Source: a virus. Taken from it: DNA of 64,000 nt. The DNA lies in the IMG/VR virus record IMGVR_UViG_3300035034_001349, positions 10,329 through 74,328 of that record; one strand, 5' to 3'. The notes beneath the pieces are model-generated. The model was given only the letters and a program-made list of their open reading frames with translations, was not told the origin of the DNA and made no database searches. Both the position numbers and the translations under genes were made by a program. The first letter of the stretch is position 1. The number at the start of each line of letters is the position of its first letter. This document shows, piece after piece, positions 20,639 to 30,908 of the stretch.

Positions 20639-20827
20639 CTAGGAGTATTGATCCTCTAAATCTAGAAATTCTTCTAATGAATTTTGTCCTTTTTCACACT
20701 TCTCTGAACAACATCCATCATGTAACTCTAATTGTTCTGTAGATGACTTCTTATTACAGTATCTACAATACCCACCTTCTGTACTACAATACTTTTCAGC
20801 CATGTCTTCATATCCGTCCATTGTCAA
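20639..20827 (-). CDS. Small Cys-rich zinc-finger-like protein
   Basis: CRYC...CCSEKC pattern (TRASH-like). Confidence 0.55.
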   Translation of the reverse strand: MTMDGYEDMAEKYCSTEGGYCRYCNKKSSTEQLELHDGCCSEKCEKGQNSLEEFLDLEDQYS

Positions 20828-21520
20828 CTATTCACCTTCCCTAAATATTCTACTTTCATAAAGGTATACAGTTGAAAGATTATTAGTTGCTAGAGAAGAA
20901 ATTTTCTCTCTCATTTCTTCATCCTTGTTGTATCCATACTTAGGTATAAAGAATGACTTATTATAAGAATTAGTATTCTTAAGTACATCATATATGTTAT
21001 CCAAACAGTCATCAATAAATAAATCATATTCAATACCTAACTCATTTATAGCTTCAGACTTTTTAGTATCTCCATCTACTGAAATAAAGGTTATATTCTC
21101 AGTACCTAAATATTTAGCAACCCATCTTTTCTTATAATCTTCTGTACCTTCTATTACTTTAGTCACTATATAGATATGTTCAATCTCACCTCTATCAAGT
21201 AGTATTTTCAGAGTCATTCCGAAATTAGTTATTCTACAATTAGAGTAAAATTTATCATTATCTTTATATAACCCTAAGAATAAGTCAAATACTTCTTCAG
21301 GCAATTCTTTACCATTTGATAGCCAATTATTTAGATAATATTCATCTCTGTTTAAGACGTGCATCATACTATAATCAAAATCTAAGTCCATATATTCTGA
21401 AAAATGTGTCTTATTTTCCAATAATAAATATGTCCACAATGGGGATATAAGAGTTAATACCTCATCCATATCAGTTGCTATTTTCTTTTTATTTTTAAGA
21501 TTTGAAAGTTTCTCTAACAA
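20828..21520 (-). CDS. HAD-family 5'(3')-deoxyribonucleotidase-like phosphatase
   Basis: Motif I DMDEVL, motif II VTK, KKS, motif IV LFIDD, YGYN. Confidence 0.8.
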   Translation of the reverse strand: MLEKLSNLKNKKKIATDMDEVLTLISPLWTYLLLENKTHFSEYMDLDFDYSMMHVLNRDEYYLNNWLSNGKELPEEVFDLFLGLYKDNDKFYSNCRITNFGMTLKILLDRGEIEHIYIVTKVIEGTEDYKKRWVAKYLGTENITFISVDGDTKKSEAINELGIEYDLFIDDCLDNIYDVLKNTNSYNKSFFIPKYGYNKDEEMREKISSLATNNLSTVYLYESRIFREGE

Positions 21521-21595
21521 TTAAAATTCCTCCTCAATTCAAAAAAATTAATCAATATTATATTGTGAGTATAATATTGATTAACTTATATTTAT

Positions 21596-22381
21596 TTAGT
21601 CATTAAACATTCCTTTAATAGTACTCTTTTCAACTTTCTGTGTTTCTACAGACTCAGCTTCTTCATTCTTTTGCTTCTTATTACTTCTTGAAGAAATACC
21701 ACGTGTCTTCTTACTTCTAGAACCTTTAGCAATTCCGCCACGTACATTTCTTGAACTTGTTGATGCTTTTAAACTATAGTGTGAGTTGAATAAACCACCA
21801 GCAAATGAAATAGATGTCTTGATTACTTCATAGAATGATAAGAATTCTACATTAATTGCTAACTCATTACCTTCGCCAGTCTCTGGATCTACGTCTGTCA
21901 TTATTGTTTGGATTCTATTTAATTGGTGAGTATATTGGCTTTTAATTTCACCATTTTCATATACATAAATATTAATAATAATAATAGTGTTACCCTTTTC
22001 ATCAAGGTCAGATACAATTTCAAGTAATGAACCTGTCATATCTTCTTGATTTACATGGTTCAGTTCAGTCTGAGATATTTTACCCAAGAACATTAGGTTC
22101 AATGCCTTCTCTAATCTGATTAACTCAAATTGTGTTAATGAAAAGAAACCTTCATCATAAATTGTTGTACTACCCTTTTTCTCTAATTCAATCTTCTTAC
22201 CACTATCACTTAATGGAATAATTTTAATTAAAGTATTAATGTAGCCTTTGTCTTTATCTTCTCTTACGCCTACACTTAAAATCTGCTTATTATCATCACT
22301 ATATTCCCAATATGTTACATCATCCCTGCTGTATTTATAGTTTGGCTTATCGCTTTTTGTACCTTTTCCTTTTCTTGCCAT
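21596..22381 (-). CDS. Hypothetical protein (possible nucleic-acid binding)
   Basis: 261 aa, AGGAGG SD, basic tail; promoter variant AACT-ATTTAT-TA upstream. Confidence 0.65.
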   Translation of the reverse strand: MARKGKGTKSDKPNYKYSRDDVTYWEYSDDNKQILSVGVREDKDKGYINTLIKIIPLSDSGKKIELEKKGSTTIYDEGFFSLTQFELIRLEKALNLMFLGKISQTELNHVNQEDMTGSLLEIVSDLDEKGNTIIIINIYVYENGEIKSQYTHQLNRIQTIMTDVDPETGEGNELAINVEFLSFYEVIKTSISFAGGLFNSHYSLKASTSSRNVRGGIAKGSRSKKTRGISSRSNKKQKNEEAESVETQKVEKSTIKGMFND

Positions 22382-22439
22382 TGTTAAATTCCTCCTTAGA
22401 ATATTCTTCTCATTTGTAATAAATAGTTTAAATTAAATA

Positions 22440-22695
22440 AAAAATATGGGAACGCTACTTCCCATAATAAAGCTCTAAAGCTTTTTAAGATCTAAGTCTT
22501 AGCTAGTCATCACTCCCTAATAGTATGCCAAACACTTGCAATACTATAAAACGACTTAATCCCGCACTAGGCTTGGTGACTGCATAATTACATAAAACGG
22601 TTGGCGTGTACTCCACCAGTTTTACTATATACAGTTCTTAGGAGTGTAGCAATAGCAAGGTTTATAGCGGTGACTACTTAACCTTTATCTATCAT
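22440..22695 (-). ncRNA. Candidate structured non-coding RNA (about 250 nt)
   Basis: ORF-free and GC-enriched; early promoter at 22691-22709; nested stems; terminator ATGGGAAGTAGCGTTCCCAT-ATTTTT. Confidence 0.65.
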
Positions 22696-22711
22696 AATAA
22701 TAATATATATT

Positions 22712-24691
22712 TTAAAAGTCTATTATATTCGAGTAATATGTTTTCTGGTCTGTTAACTTTAGTTCTTTGAATCCTAGTGATTTAAGTATTATTAAACCAT
22801 GTCTAATATTATCCCCTACAATTTCATTAACTGCAATATAAGGTCTAATCCATTCAGGAATATTATCTACATTCTTTGGGAATGCAATAGTTGTAAAACC
22901 AAATCTACTTACATCAAAGCTAGGTTCACCTGGGAGTGGCTTTATACCATTCTCATCTAAATGGAATACTTCTTTCATTAATATCTTATATTCTTCTTCA
23001 TGACCATTTTCTAATAAATCTTTTAAGTCTTCTGGATTACCAGCATTCAATTTTAACAAGTTAATTTTCTCTGGTGGTGCGATTGGATCATTAGGGAATA
23101 ACTCATTATGAATGATAGTACCACGTAATTGAGCCATTCTATCAGGAAATGCATAATTGCTTGATGGATTAACTTTAAATGGTGTAGTAAACGTCATTTC
23201 ACCTTTAGCAAGACTCTCATTAACTTCAGCTTCAAATGCCTTAAATTCTTTTAGTACTCTAGATAGTGATATATCATCACTGCCTAATATTTCATCTTCA
23301 ATAACTTTTGTTAATACTTCTTCAACTCGCTTACTAACATTAGATTTCTTAATCGATAAGCCTTTCATATCAGTTATAGGTGGGTCTAACATAACACCTT
23401 CTCGTGATAATAGTCTACCTACATACTGTTTCTTATTTTCAGTAGACATAAACTTCTCGTATAAATACTCATTCTTCATATTTATTATGGGTTGCTTTTC
23501 TTCACTTAAGTTACAATTCTCTGTTAATCTCTTTAGTGATGCTTCTATAAAGTGAGTTAAGAAGTATACACCTATGTTAACTACACTTATAGTATCTTCT
23601 TTAGTATCTTCTACTTCAAATCTTTCAGATATAAATTCATAGAATGGATTCATATAGATAAAGTTAGAATCTGTATCTACTGTTAATATAGACTCTCTTT
23701 TATCTTTGATAGCACGTTCATATCTATCATATATACTATGGTCATGATATACAAATTCTTCAAGTAAATCCCATAGTAAATCAAGATTAGTAGATATTTC
23801 CTCATTAGCATCACCTGCATCAAGGAACTCTGTTCCGACTACATTACTTAAACAATTCATAGCCATATCACATGCATCAAGAAATTTATATATTTGATTC
23901 TTATAGTAAATTACATTACGTTGTTCTTGATTAAGTAGTGACACTAAATTCCGAACTTCCTCAAATCCTTCAGTATCTTTTACCATACCCTCTAGATAAA
24001 CTAATAACTCATCTTCATCTATGAATGAATCTTCTCTTATAATCTCACTAATTATAAATTCAGAGTCTATGATAACATCAGTCATAAATTGAAGCATTTC
24101 AGATACATTATTTAGTTTTATATTATTACTTAGAAATCTCTCAAAACTCAACATACTGTGTGTAATAATCTGAACTCCCGTATATGTTACTGAAGCCGCA
24201 ACTCTATTATTATAGAACTGACTTGTAGGCATACCTGATGCACCGTAGTATGAGTTTGCAAGTAATTTAAGCACTGAGCCTTGGAGTCTGTCTAACGCTT
24301 TTGCTAATTCTTCATTACCATCTTTCTTAGCTTCAAACATTCTCTGCTTGGCATCATTACGTTCACTAAGTAAATAGTCAAGCATGCTTGTTATTAAGTT
24401 ATTTGTTTCATCATGTTGCTTATAGAATACCCCGAAACCTGTTAGGATATCACCTTTCTTCATAAAATTATCAAGTAAATCTAGTAACTTGAATTTACCT
24501 TCTTTTTGTTTATAATCATTACTGAAGATAGCATCAGGTGATTCAAGCCTCTCATCAATTATAACATCTACTTGTCTACTTAATTCATCTTCATCTATAT
24601 CTGGTTTGCTTAGACGAAGACCATTCATTATTTGCTCCTTGTATTCATTAATAAATATTGAATCTTTATTCTCCATTGACACTCCTTTCAT
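22712..24691 (-). CDS. Family B DNA polymerase, polymerase (C-terminal) subunit
   Basis: Motif B KLLANSYYG, VTYTG, motif C VDTDS, KKQY, KGLSIKKS. Confidence 0.9.
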   Translation of the reverse strand: MKGVSMENKDSIFINEYKEQIMNGLRLSKPDIDEDELSRQVDVIIDERLESPDAIFSNDYKQKEGKFKLLDLLDNFMKKGDILTGFGVFYKQHDETNNLITSMLDYLLSERNDAKQRMFEAKKDGNEELAKALDRLQGSVLKLLANSYYGASGMPTSQFYNNRVAASVTYTGVQIITHSMLSFERFLSNNIKLNNVSEMLQFMTDVIIDSEFIISEIIREDSFIDEDELLVYLEGMVKDTEGFEEVRNLVSLLNQEQRNVIYYKNQIYKFLDACDMAMNCLSNVVGTEFLDAGDANEEISTNLDLLWDLLEEFVYHDHSIYDRYERAIKDKRESILTVDTDSNFIYMNPFYEFISERFEVEDTKEDTISVVNIGVYFLTHFIEASLKRLTENCNLSEEKQPIINMKNEYLYEKFMSTENKKQYVGRLLSREGVMLDPPITDMKGLSIKKSNVSKRVEEVLTKVIEDEILGSDDISLSRVLKEFKAFEAEVNESLAKGEMTFTTPFKVNPSSNYAFPDRMAQLRGTIIHNELFPNDPIAPPEKINLLKLNAGNPEDLKDLLENGHEEEYKILMKEVFHLDENGIKPLPGEPSFDVSRFGFTTIAFPKNVDNIPEWIRPYIAVNEIVGDNIRHGLIILKSLGFKELKLTDQKTYYSNIIDF

Positions 24692-24725
24692 AAAATATAA
24701 TCATGTGTTATTTTTAAACCAAAAA

Positions 24726-25147
24726 TTAGATAGATACATCCCACGATTTACCAGTAAACTTATTCTTAGTATCACATATCTCACACTTTGTTTTACTAAG
24801 TATAAATACTGTTATAGTATCACCCTTTATTATATTACCACACTTGATATGTTTTAGGGTAAAAGGTCTGTCATATGATAACGCTGTTAGTGGTTCGTAT
24901 TCGTCGCTATCTAACATTTCTAATAAGAATTTATGCTCATTAGTCCTCTTTAATCTTGAACACTCTGGACACCGTCCACCTGAGAATAAGAAACTATTAG
25001 GTATAACTTTCCAAGAATGACCACAGTAATTATGTCTTACCATTAATTTTGTATGTGAATTAGTGTATGAATCAATGACACTATATTCATCCCAGCTAAT
25101 TCTTCAACTTCATTTTCAAATTCTTCTTGTGTTTTAGCTCTGCTCAT
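24726..25147 (-). pseudogene. Zinc-ribbon repeat protein (homing-endonuclease DNA-binding repeat-like), frameshifted
   Basis: MSRAKTQEEFENEVEELAG, then a frameshift at GGG (25091-25093), then DEYSVIDSYTNSHTKLMVRHNYCGHSW...CPEC and a second repeat HIKCG...CEIC; no nuclease domain seen. Confidence 0.6.
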
Positions 25148-26108
25148 ATCTTCTAACTTCTAAACCTTTTTCTCCATATAATAAATGAATTAATAGGTTA
25201 TCTATATCCTCTTTTTCATTTTCTTCAATAGTATTACCTTCCACTAATAGATTTAATACAAGTTTACGTATCCTTAAATTATTGTAATATCTATCAGTAT
25301 TAAAGTCTACATTCGCTAGAAGGTGCTCTAGTACCTCAGATACAATTTCTGAAGTACTAGTAATATTTGGTAATTTATCCACAGGAGTATCTATAAATGC
25401 AAGTAAATGAGATTCAATAGCAGTACTAAGCCCATCATCTCGTTGCATTTTAGAAATGATTTCATTAATTTCATCGGTTCTTTCTAACCTTCTATTGAAA
25501 TTGAACTCATCATCAGTTTTTTCTAAATTATTATAAGGATTATATTCATCTTCTTCATTATTATCTTCATTTATTATAACAAATTCAACCATATCACTTG
25601 TCTTAGCATGCTCAATCATTGCACTTTCCCTAAACTTTTTATCAGATACTACACGCTTAATACCAGCTGATATCAAAGCCTTAGCACAGTCATTACATGG
25701 ACTATGAGTTGTATATGCAGTAGCACCATTTATACCTATATTATTCTTACTTGCCTTAGTGATGGCATTTATTTCCGCATGTACTTCATACATTTTAGAC
25801 CATTCTCTATGTGCAAGAGGAATTGAATTCCCTCCATATAGTTCTAACCACTTATCACTATTTACTTTGTTTTCACCATCTTCATGTGTATACAATTCAT
25901 TACAATTTACATCACCTGATATAGTTCCATTTAATCCTATTGAAAGAATATTATTATCTCTAACTATAATGCATGCTACCTGCTTGCTAGCACATTTACT
26001 ATGTGTAGCCATTAATTTAGCCATACTTAAATAGGTTTTATCCCACTCTCTATTATCTGTATTATAACTATTAACCAATTTCATTGTAGTTACTGTCATA
26101 TATTTCAC
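25134..26108 (-). CDS. dCMP deaminase with an extra C-terminal domain
   Basis: SKC...QVAC, GLNG, HAEINAI, SPCNDCAK. Confidence 0.88.
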   Translation of the reverse strand: MKYMTVTTMKLVNSYNTDNREWDKTYLSMAKLMATHSKCASKQVACIIVRDNNILSIGLNGTISGDVNCNELYTHEDGENKVNSDKWLELYGGNSIPLAHREWSKMYEVHAEINAITKASKNNIGINGATAYTTHSPCNDCAKALISAGIKRVVSDKKFRESAMIEHAKTSDMVEFVIINEDNNEEDEYNPYNNLEKTDDEFNFNRRLERTDEINEIISKMQRDDGLSTAIESHLLAFIDTPVDKLPNITSTSEIVSEVLEHLLANVDFNTDRYYNNLRIRKLVLNLLVEGNTIEENEKEDIDNLLIHLLYGEKGLEVRRYEQS

Positions 26109-26165
26109 CCCTTTATATTAAAAAAAGATAGGAACATAGAAAATGTCCTATCTTTATAATTTACT

Positions 26166-26942
26166 CTAATCAACCTTAACAATTCGTCCGTAATCAATAA
26201 TACTTAACACTGATTTATTATCTAAGCTATTATCTTCTGTTGTAAAGATAGTTAACTTACCGTTAATATTTGATTTATTAAACATTTTTAAAGCTTGAAC
26301 CATTGAATTTCTAGCTGAATCCATATTGCCGTCAGATGCAACATTATAACCAGTGGATACAATAGTGTTATCTATTGTAAAGACTGTTGCATCATTTCCA
26401 AATTCACTTAATTTTCTTAATTCTTTAGTTAAGTTAACTACAATTTCTTCAAATTCTTTACTCTTATCATACTTATATGACTCTTTAATGTTTGATATAT
26501 CTAAGTCCTGAATAAAAGTTGAACTTTGACTTTTCATTCTCCGTTCTATAATAAATTCACTAACATCAGATGTAAATTCAATATCAACATTTGTCACATC
26601 ATTTTCCCAAGATTGCATTTCAATTGCACCACTACCTAAAGTAATTACTGCAAAGCTCTTAGTGTTAATAAATTCTTCCTTATCTGGTGCTAGGATTAAA
26701 CCATACTCTCCAGTCTTCTCATTAAGAGCAATAGAACCTATATAATTAGACAGCTCACCTATATTGTCTTCGTTTTTTAAATACTCCTTAGAAAACTCAG
26801 TGACCATCTCTATATGCTTTTCTAATAGTTCATTCAGATTATCAAAGTCCTTATCAGTTATACATTCAATTAAATCTATTAATACAATAGTTACATTGTT
26901 CTCTAATTCCTTATCTTTAATCAGTCCTAAAGTGTTCTCCAT
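26166..26942 (-). CDS. Hypothetical protein
   Basis: 258 aa ORF with SD. Confidence 0.7.
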   Translation of the reverse strand: MENTLGLIKDKELENNVTIVLIDLIECITDKDFDNLNELLEKHIEMVTEFSKEYLKNEDNIGELSNYIGSIALNEKTGEYGLILAPDKEEFINTKSFAVITLGSGAIEMQSWENDVTNVDIEFTSDVSEFIIERRMKSQSSTFIQDLDISNIKESYKYDKSKEFEEIVVNLTKELRKLSEFGNDATVFTIDNTIVSTGYNVASDGNMDSARNSMVQALKMFNKSNINGKLTIFTTEDNSLDNKSVLSIIDYGRIVKVD

Positions 26943-26965
26943 AAATAATCATCACTCCCACTCTT

Positions 26966-27766
26966 TTAAAAATCTACAACATTGAAAAATTGACTATACT
27001 TATACCTATTTCTAATCTCTATATTTATCTCTATAGTATAGATATCATTATCAAGGTCAGTGAAATATAACGCTACATAACCTTTACCCTTTTTAGTAAA
27101 TTTACTAAAGTATCTATAATTAAACTTAACTAATAAAAAGTTCTCATCCAAAGGCTTTTTGAAAGTTAGTTTTTTACTGTCTAAATTAATATAGATATTA
27201 GCATCATCTCTAAGGTCTTTCATTTCCTGAAATTGGTCATAGTCTATAGGCATTTTAAATATAATTACATCATCAATACTTTTTCTAAAATTTTTAAGTA
27301 ACTCCATATCATCCCTATACTTATCTTTATCTACAATAGTTTCATAGAACTCACCATCTTCAGTTTCAATTCTAAATAATCCCTTGTCATGATTATAGAT
27401 TATTCTAGACATAATATCTTTTCTCTTAACTTTATTATCATTCTTCTTATTGTAAAAATCATAAAATGACATTTTATCGTCATCATATTCATCTTCATTA
27501 AAGGTTCTCATCATCACTAACTTACCCTTGAAGAACTCAATAAAATCATCTTTTCTACTGTATTTCTTTTCATATGGAACACCTGTGATTATTGGTGTAA
27601 TTTGTTCATCATCAATAGCAATCACTTCATTGTCATCAATAAAATAATAATACCCTGATGAGTCAAAATTCTTTTTGAATCCTTGATTCAGATGATGTAG
27701 AAACCATAGTATTGAATCTACTTTTTCTTTATCATCAATTATTATATCATCTGACATCTTTATCAC
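26966..27766 (-). CDS. Hypothetical early protein
   Basis: 266 aa, GAGGGG SD, early promoter at 27796-27814. Confidence 0.7.
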   Translation of the reverse strand: MIKMSDDIIIDDKEKVDSILWFLHHLNQGFKKNFDSSGYYYFIDDNEVIAIDDEQITPIITGVPYEKKYSRKDDFIEFFKGKLVMMRTFNEDEYDDDKMSFYDFYNKKNDNKVKRKDIMSRIIYNHDKGLFRIETEDGEFYETIVDKDKYRDDMELLKNFRKSIDDVIIFKMPIDYDQFQEMKDLRDDANIYINLDSKKLTFKKPLDENFLLVKFNYRYFSKFTKKGKGYVALYFTDLDNDIYTIEINIEIRNRYKYSQFFNVVDF

Positions 27767-27819
27767 CCCTCTCTAGTTATATAAAATATCACTCAACCAA
27801 TTTTATAATATATACTTTA

Positions 27820-29688
27820 TTATGAGACTAATTCTATCATTTCTTTTAGGTTAGGTAAGTTGAAGTACTCTTTACCTAAACTTATATAATCTCTACTGGA
27901 TAATTTATCAACAAAGTCATAACCTTTATCCTCTGATAATAATCCCTCTTTACGTATCTTTCTATATACATCTGGATATTCTTTCTTACATGCTTCTATC
28001 CATAGATCACTACCAATACCATACTTATCAATATCATCTAAGAATATTTGTTTTTCATCTAATAATTCAATTATATCATTTTTCTTATTTTCAAGTTCTA
28101 AACTATCATATAGAATGATCTTACCACGTTGTGTAGTAATATCTATATTAAATGCAGATAGTATAGATGGGTATAATGAAGATAAGTCCATATCGATAAC
28201 TAAATCAAATACAAATTTAGAGTTTTTACCATTAATCTTAACCCCCACATTCTTATTTAACTTAGGATTAGCCACATACGCACCACGGAACTTACCACTT
28301 ATAGGTCTAACTCCTCCATAATTTTTATTTCTATTATTACTAAGAATGTAGTCTTGTTGGAAATAGTATTTAATAGCTAGGTTCTTAAGACAAATAGTCT
28401 TTTTTAGTGCTTTAATATTTCTAGTATTTGTCATAGAAGCAATCATATCTAAAGTTTCTATATCTTCATTATTATCTTCAAGTAAACCCAATAGCATAAC
28501 ATCATGAATATTGTATTCAACAAAACGTTCATAATTTTTATATGGGAAATTCTTTATATCAATTCCTTCATTATTAGGATCTATTGGTAACTTTTGTTCA
28601 TTTATTTCTTCTTCAACAATAGCATCTAATTTATATGATTCTTTTTGTCCACTTACCTTACGTAAGTTTGCATATAAAAGTAGTAAATCATTATATTGAG
28701 TATATGAAGCACATTTAAAGTAGTCACCTTTATCAGTAAATTTATTATTGTAATCATCATCATAATAGTATGCCATCTTATAGGGCATATCTGGATGACT
28801 AACTAATTCATCAGCTTCTATTCCACCTTGATTTTTAGCACGATTAATTAACGTAAGAATATCAAACTTCATATTCCACGCATTGTTAAAATCAGGTTTA
28901 GTGATATTGACTATATTGAAGTAATCTTTAATTAACTCAACCTCATCATCATAGAATTTAGTCTTAAATGTAATATCTAAACCATATTGGTCTTTATACT
29001 TCTTGTTCATTCTCTTATTAAATTCATCTATATTCTTTTCAAACTCAGGAATTTGTGGATTTGGTCTAGAAGCATGTCTTAATAGCAATGTGAATGATGT
29101 TTCACTTTCTCTATCCCAATGTGTTATAGCATTTACTGGAGCTTCAGCTTTAGATTCTTCTGGGAATCCATCTACATCAATACCATCTACCTCGATATCA
29201 AAATATGCCTTAGTTGGTTTGTAATCGCTTTCTTCCATAGGATTATCTAACATATGCTTTGATATATAATAATCTTCTATATTCATATCACTTCTATGAA
29301 CATTTGGGTCTAAATGTAATTTTCTTGCATGACCTGCATTGCCACTCTTTAAGCAGTCATAAAAGAATGAGGTATTGTAGTTAACTTCTTCCTCATATAC
29401 CCTAGATTCTAATTCATCTAGTTCATTAGCTACACTTTTTAATAAATCCCTATTATTAACCTCTACAAAATTTACCTTCTCAGGTTCTATATGTGCAGTA
29501 GGTATTTCTTGGTAATGCTCTGGTTTATTTATGAAATATAACATCTTTGGATCACTTACTAACTCAAAATACTTCTCTCCAGTTTCCTCATTTCTAAGTA
29601 TCTTAATTAGTTTATCATTAAACTTATTTCCTTTTCCATACTTCTGTGGGAAGTATATTGTATTAATTAATTTTATTCTATCTCCCAT
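27820..29688 (-). CDS. Family B DNA polymerase, 3'-5' exonuclease/N-terminal subunit
   Basis: ExoI FDIE, ExoII WNMKFD, SYKLD, ExoIII YNIHD, GAYV, palm motif A DLSSLYPS. Confidence 0.9.
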   Translation of the reverse strand: MGDRIKLINTIYFPQKYGKGNKFNDKLIKILRNEETGEKYFELVSDPKMLYFINKPEHYQEIPTAHIEPEKVNFVEVNNRDLLKSVANELDELESRVYEEEVNYNTSFFYDCLKSGNAGHARKLHLDPNVHRSDMNIEDYYISKHMLDNPMEESDYKPTKAYFDIEVDGIDVDGFPEESKAEAPVNAITHWDRESETSFTLLLRHASRPNPQIPEFEKNIDEFNKRMNKKYKDQYGLDITFKTKFYDDEVELIKDYFNIVNITKPDFNNAWNMKFDILTLINRAKNQGGIEADELVSHPDMPYKMAYYYDDDYNNKFTDKGDYFKCASYTQYNDLLLLYANLRKVSGQKESYKLDAIVEEEINEQKLPIDPNNEGIDIKNFPYKNYERFVEYNIHDVMLLGLLEDNNEDIETLDMIASMTNTRNIKALKKTICLKNLAIKYYFQQDYILSNNRNKNYGGVRPISGKFRGAYVANPKLNKNVGVKINGKNSKFVFDLVIDMDLSSLYPSILSAFNIDITTQRGKIILYDSLELENKKNDIIELLDEKQIFLDDIDKYGIGSDLWIEACKKEYPDVYRKIRKEGLLSEDKGYDFVDKLSSRDYISLGKEYFNLPNLKEMIELVS

Positions 29689-29771
29689 GAACTTTCAACC
29701 GCCCTTTCATTTATTTTCTCTTAAAGTTTATTGATTTGTTAATAGTTATTTTATGCAAAAAAATAGTGAAA

Positions 29772-30263
29772 TTATTCCTGACTTGCAGATATAATCCCAC
29801 TGATTTTTGCAGTCTTAAAGAAGCCTTCTTCATAGACATAACTTGTTGAAAAAGATAGTTCTACAGAAAGGATTCCATTGTAATCACCTGTCATTATTTT
29901 AAACAAGTCTGTCTTAAATTCATTAGCGAAGTTGTTTTCAAGTGTATATTCATTTATTAGTCTATAATCGATGTGTTTCTTTATATCATTCTCTTTTTCT
30001 TTAAATATTAATATACTGCCATTCTCATACATAATAAATATAAAATTCATATTATCTATTTCAAGTTTTATAAAATTTGAGTATGTCTTATTGATTTCTA
30101 CATCCATTCTAAGTTCACTAGTTACGATTTCTAATATAGTATACAACTTATCTATATTCACTAAGATCTTCATTTTTTCATAATAATCAGTAGGTGACAA
30201 ATCTAAAAATTCACTCTTAATTTTATTATATTTACTAGAAACTTTATTAAGATTCATATTCAC
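29772..30263 (-). CDS. Paralog-array protein (FKxxLFK family)
   Basis: 163 aa; NEFKTDLFKIMTG. Confidence 0.7.
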   Translation of the reverse strand: MNMNLNKVSSKYNKIKSEFLDLSPTDYYEKMKILVNIDKLYTILEIVTSELRMDVEINKTYSNFIKLEIDNMNFIFIMYENGSILIFKEKENDIKKHIDYRLINEYTLENNFANEFKTDLFKIMTGDYNGILSVELSFSTSYVYEEGFFKTAKISGIISASQE

Positions 30264-30735
30264 CTAATTCCTTTATAAAATTGCTAATACCTTCATTAAT
30301 ATCTATAACGGATAAACTAAACATAAAATCTCTTGTGAGTTTATCAACTCTAAGATTGAAAGTCGCATAGAATATAGGGGATCTATCAGGGATTCCATTC
30401 ATATGAAGTTTAAGTAATTCAATTATTATACTATCTCTTAATTCATCTGATAATATACTGCTTTTTCCACTACATATATTTAACAATAGAGCAATAGACT
30501 GTGTATCATCATCAATTGATAATAATTCCAACTTATTATCATGTGTAATCAATATACCTAATTCAGTACCATTAAGTGAAAATTTAACTATATTACTTCT
30601 ATGGTCATTAATAAACAACTCATGAACACTTACTTTCATTCCTGATTCTATTCTAAGGTCTACTAGTATTTTCCTTATACTTTTCTGGACTTGATTGGAG
30701 TAAAGATACCGTGCAATGGATAATTTATTTTTCAT
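30247..30735 (-). CDS. Paralog-array protein (divergent)
   Basis: 162 aa; IIIELLKLHMNG. Confidence 0.65.
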   Translation of the reverse strand: MKNKLSIARYLYSNQVQKSIRKILVDLRIESGMKVSVHELFINDHRSNIVKFSLNGTELGILITHDNKLELLSIDDDTQSIALLLNICSGKSSILSDELRDSIIIELLKLHMNGIPDRSPIFYATFNLRVDKLTRDFMFSLSVIDINEGISNFIKELGEYES

Positions 30736-30908
30736 ATTATATTACCTCCTTAATCGCCATAATATACACTTGCATTCATAACTATCTTTTCATGTATTTT
30801 CTTATTTAGGTTGTCAATATTTGTTATATTGAATCTTCTATGCTTATCATATTGCTTTTCAAGTGCATATAAAATCTTAAAATCCACTAATGGTTTTACC
30901 CTTTCATT

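Noticed and set aside
22608-22620. CTCCACCA on the + strand, resembling a tRNA/tmRNA 3' end
   Set aside because: There is no T-arm (GTTCRA) or acceptor stem, and the promoter and terminator point to the minus strand.
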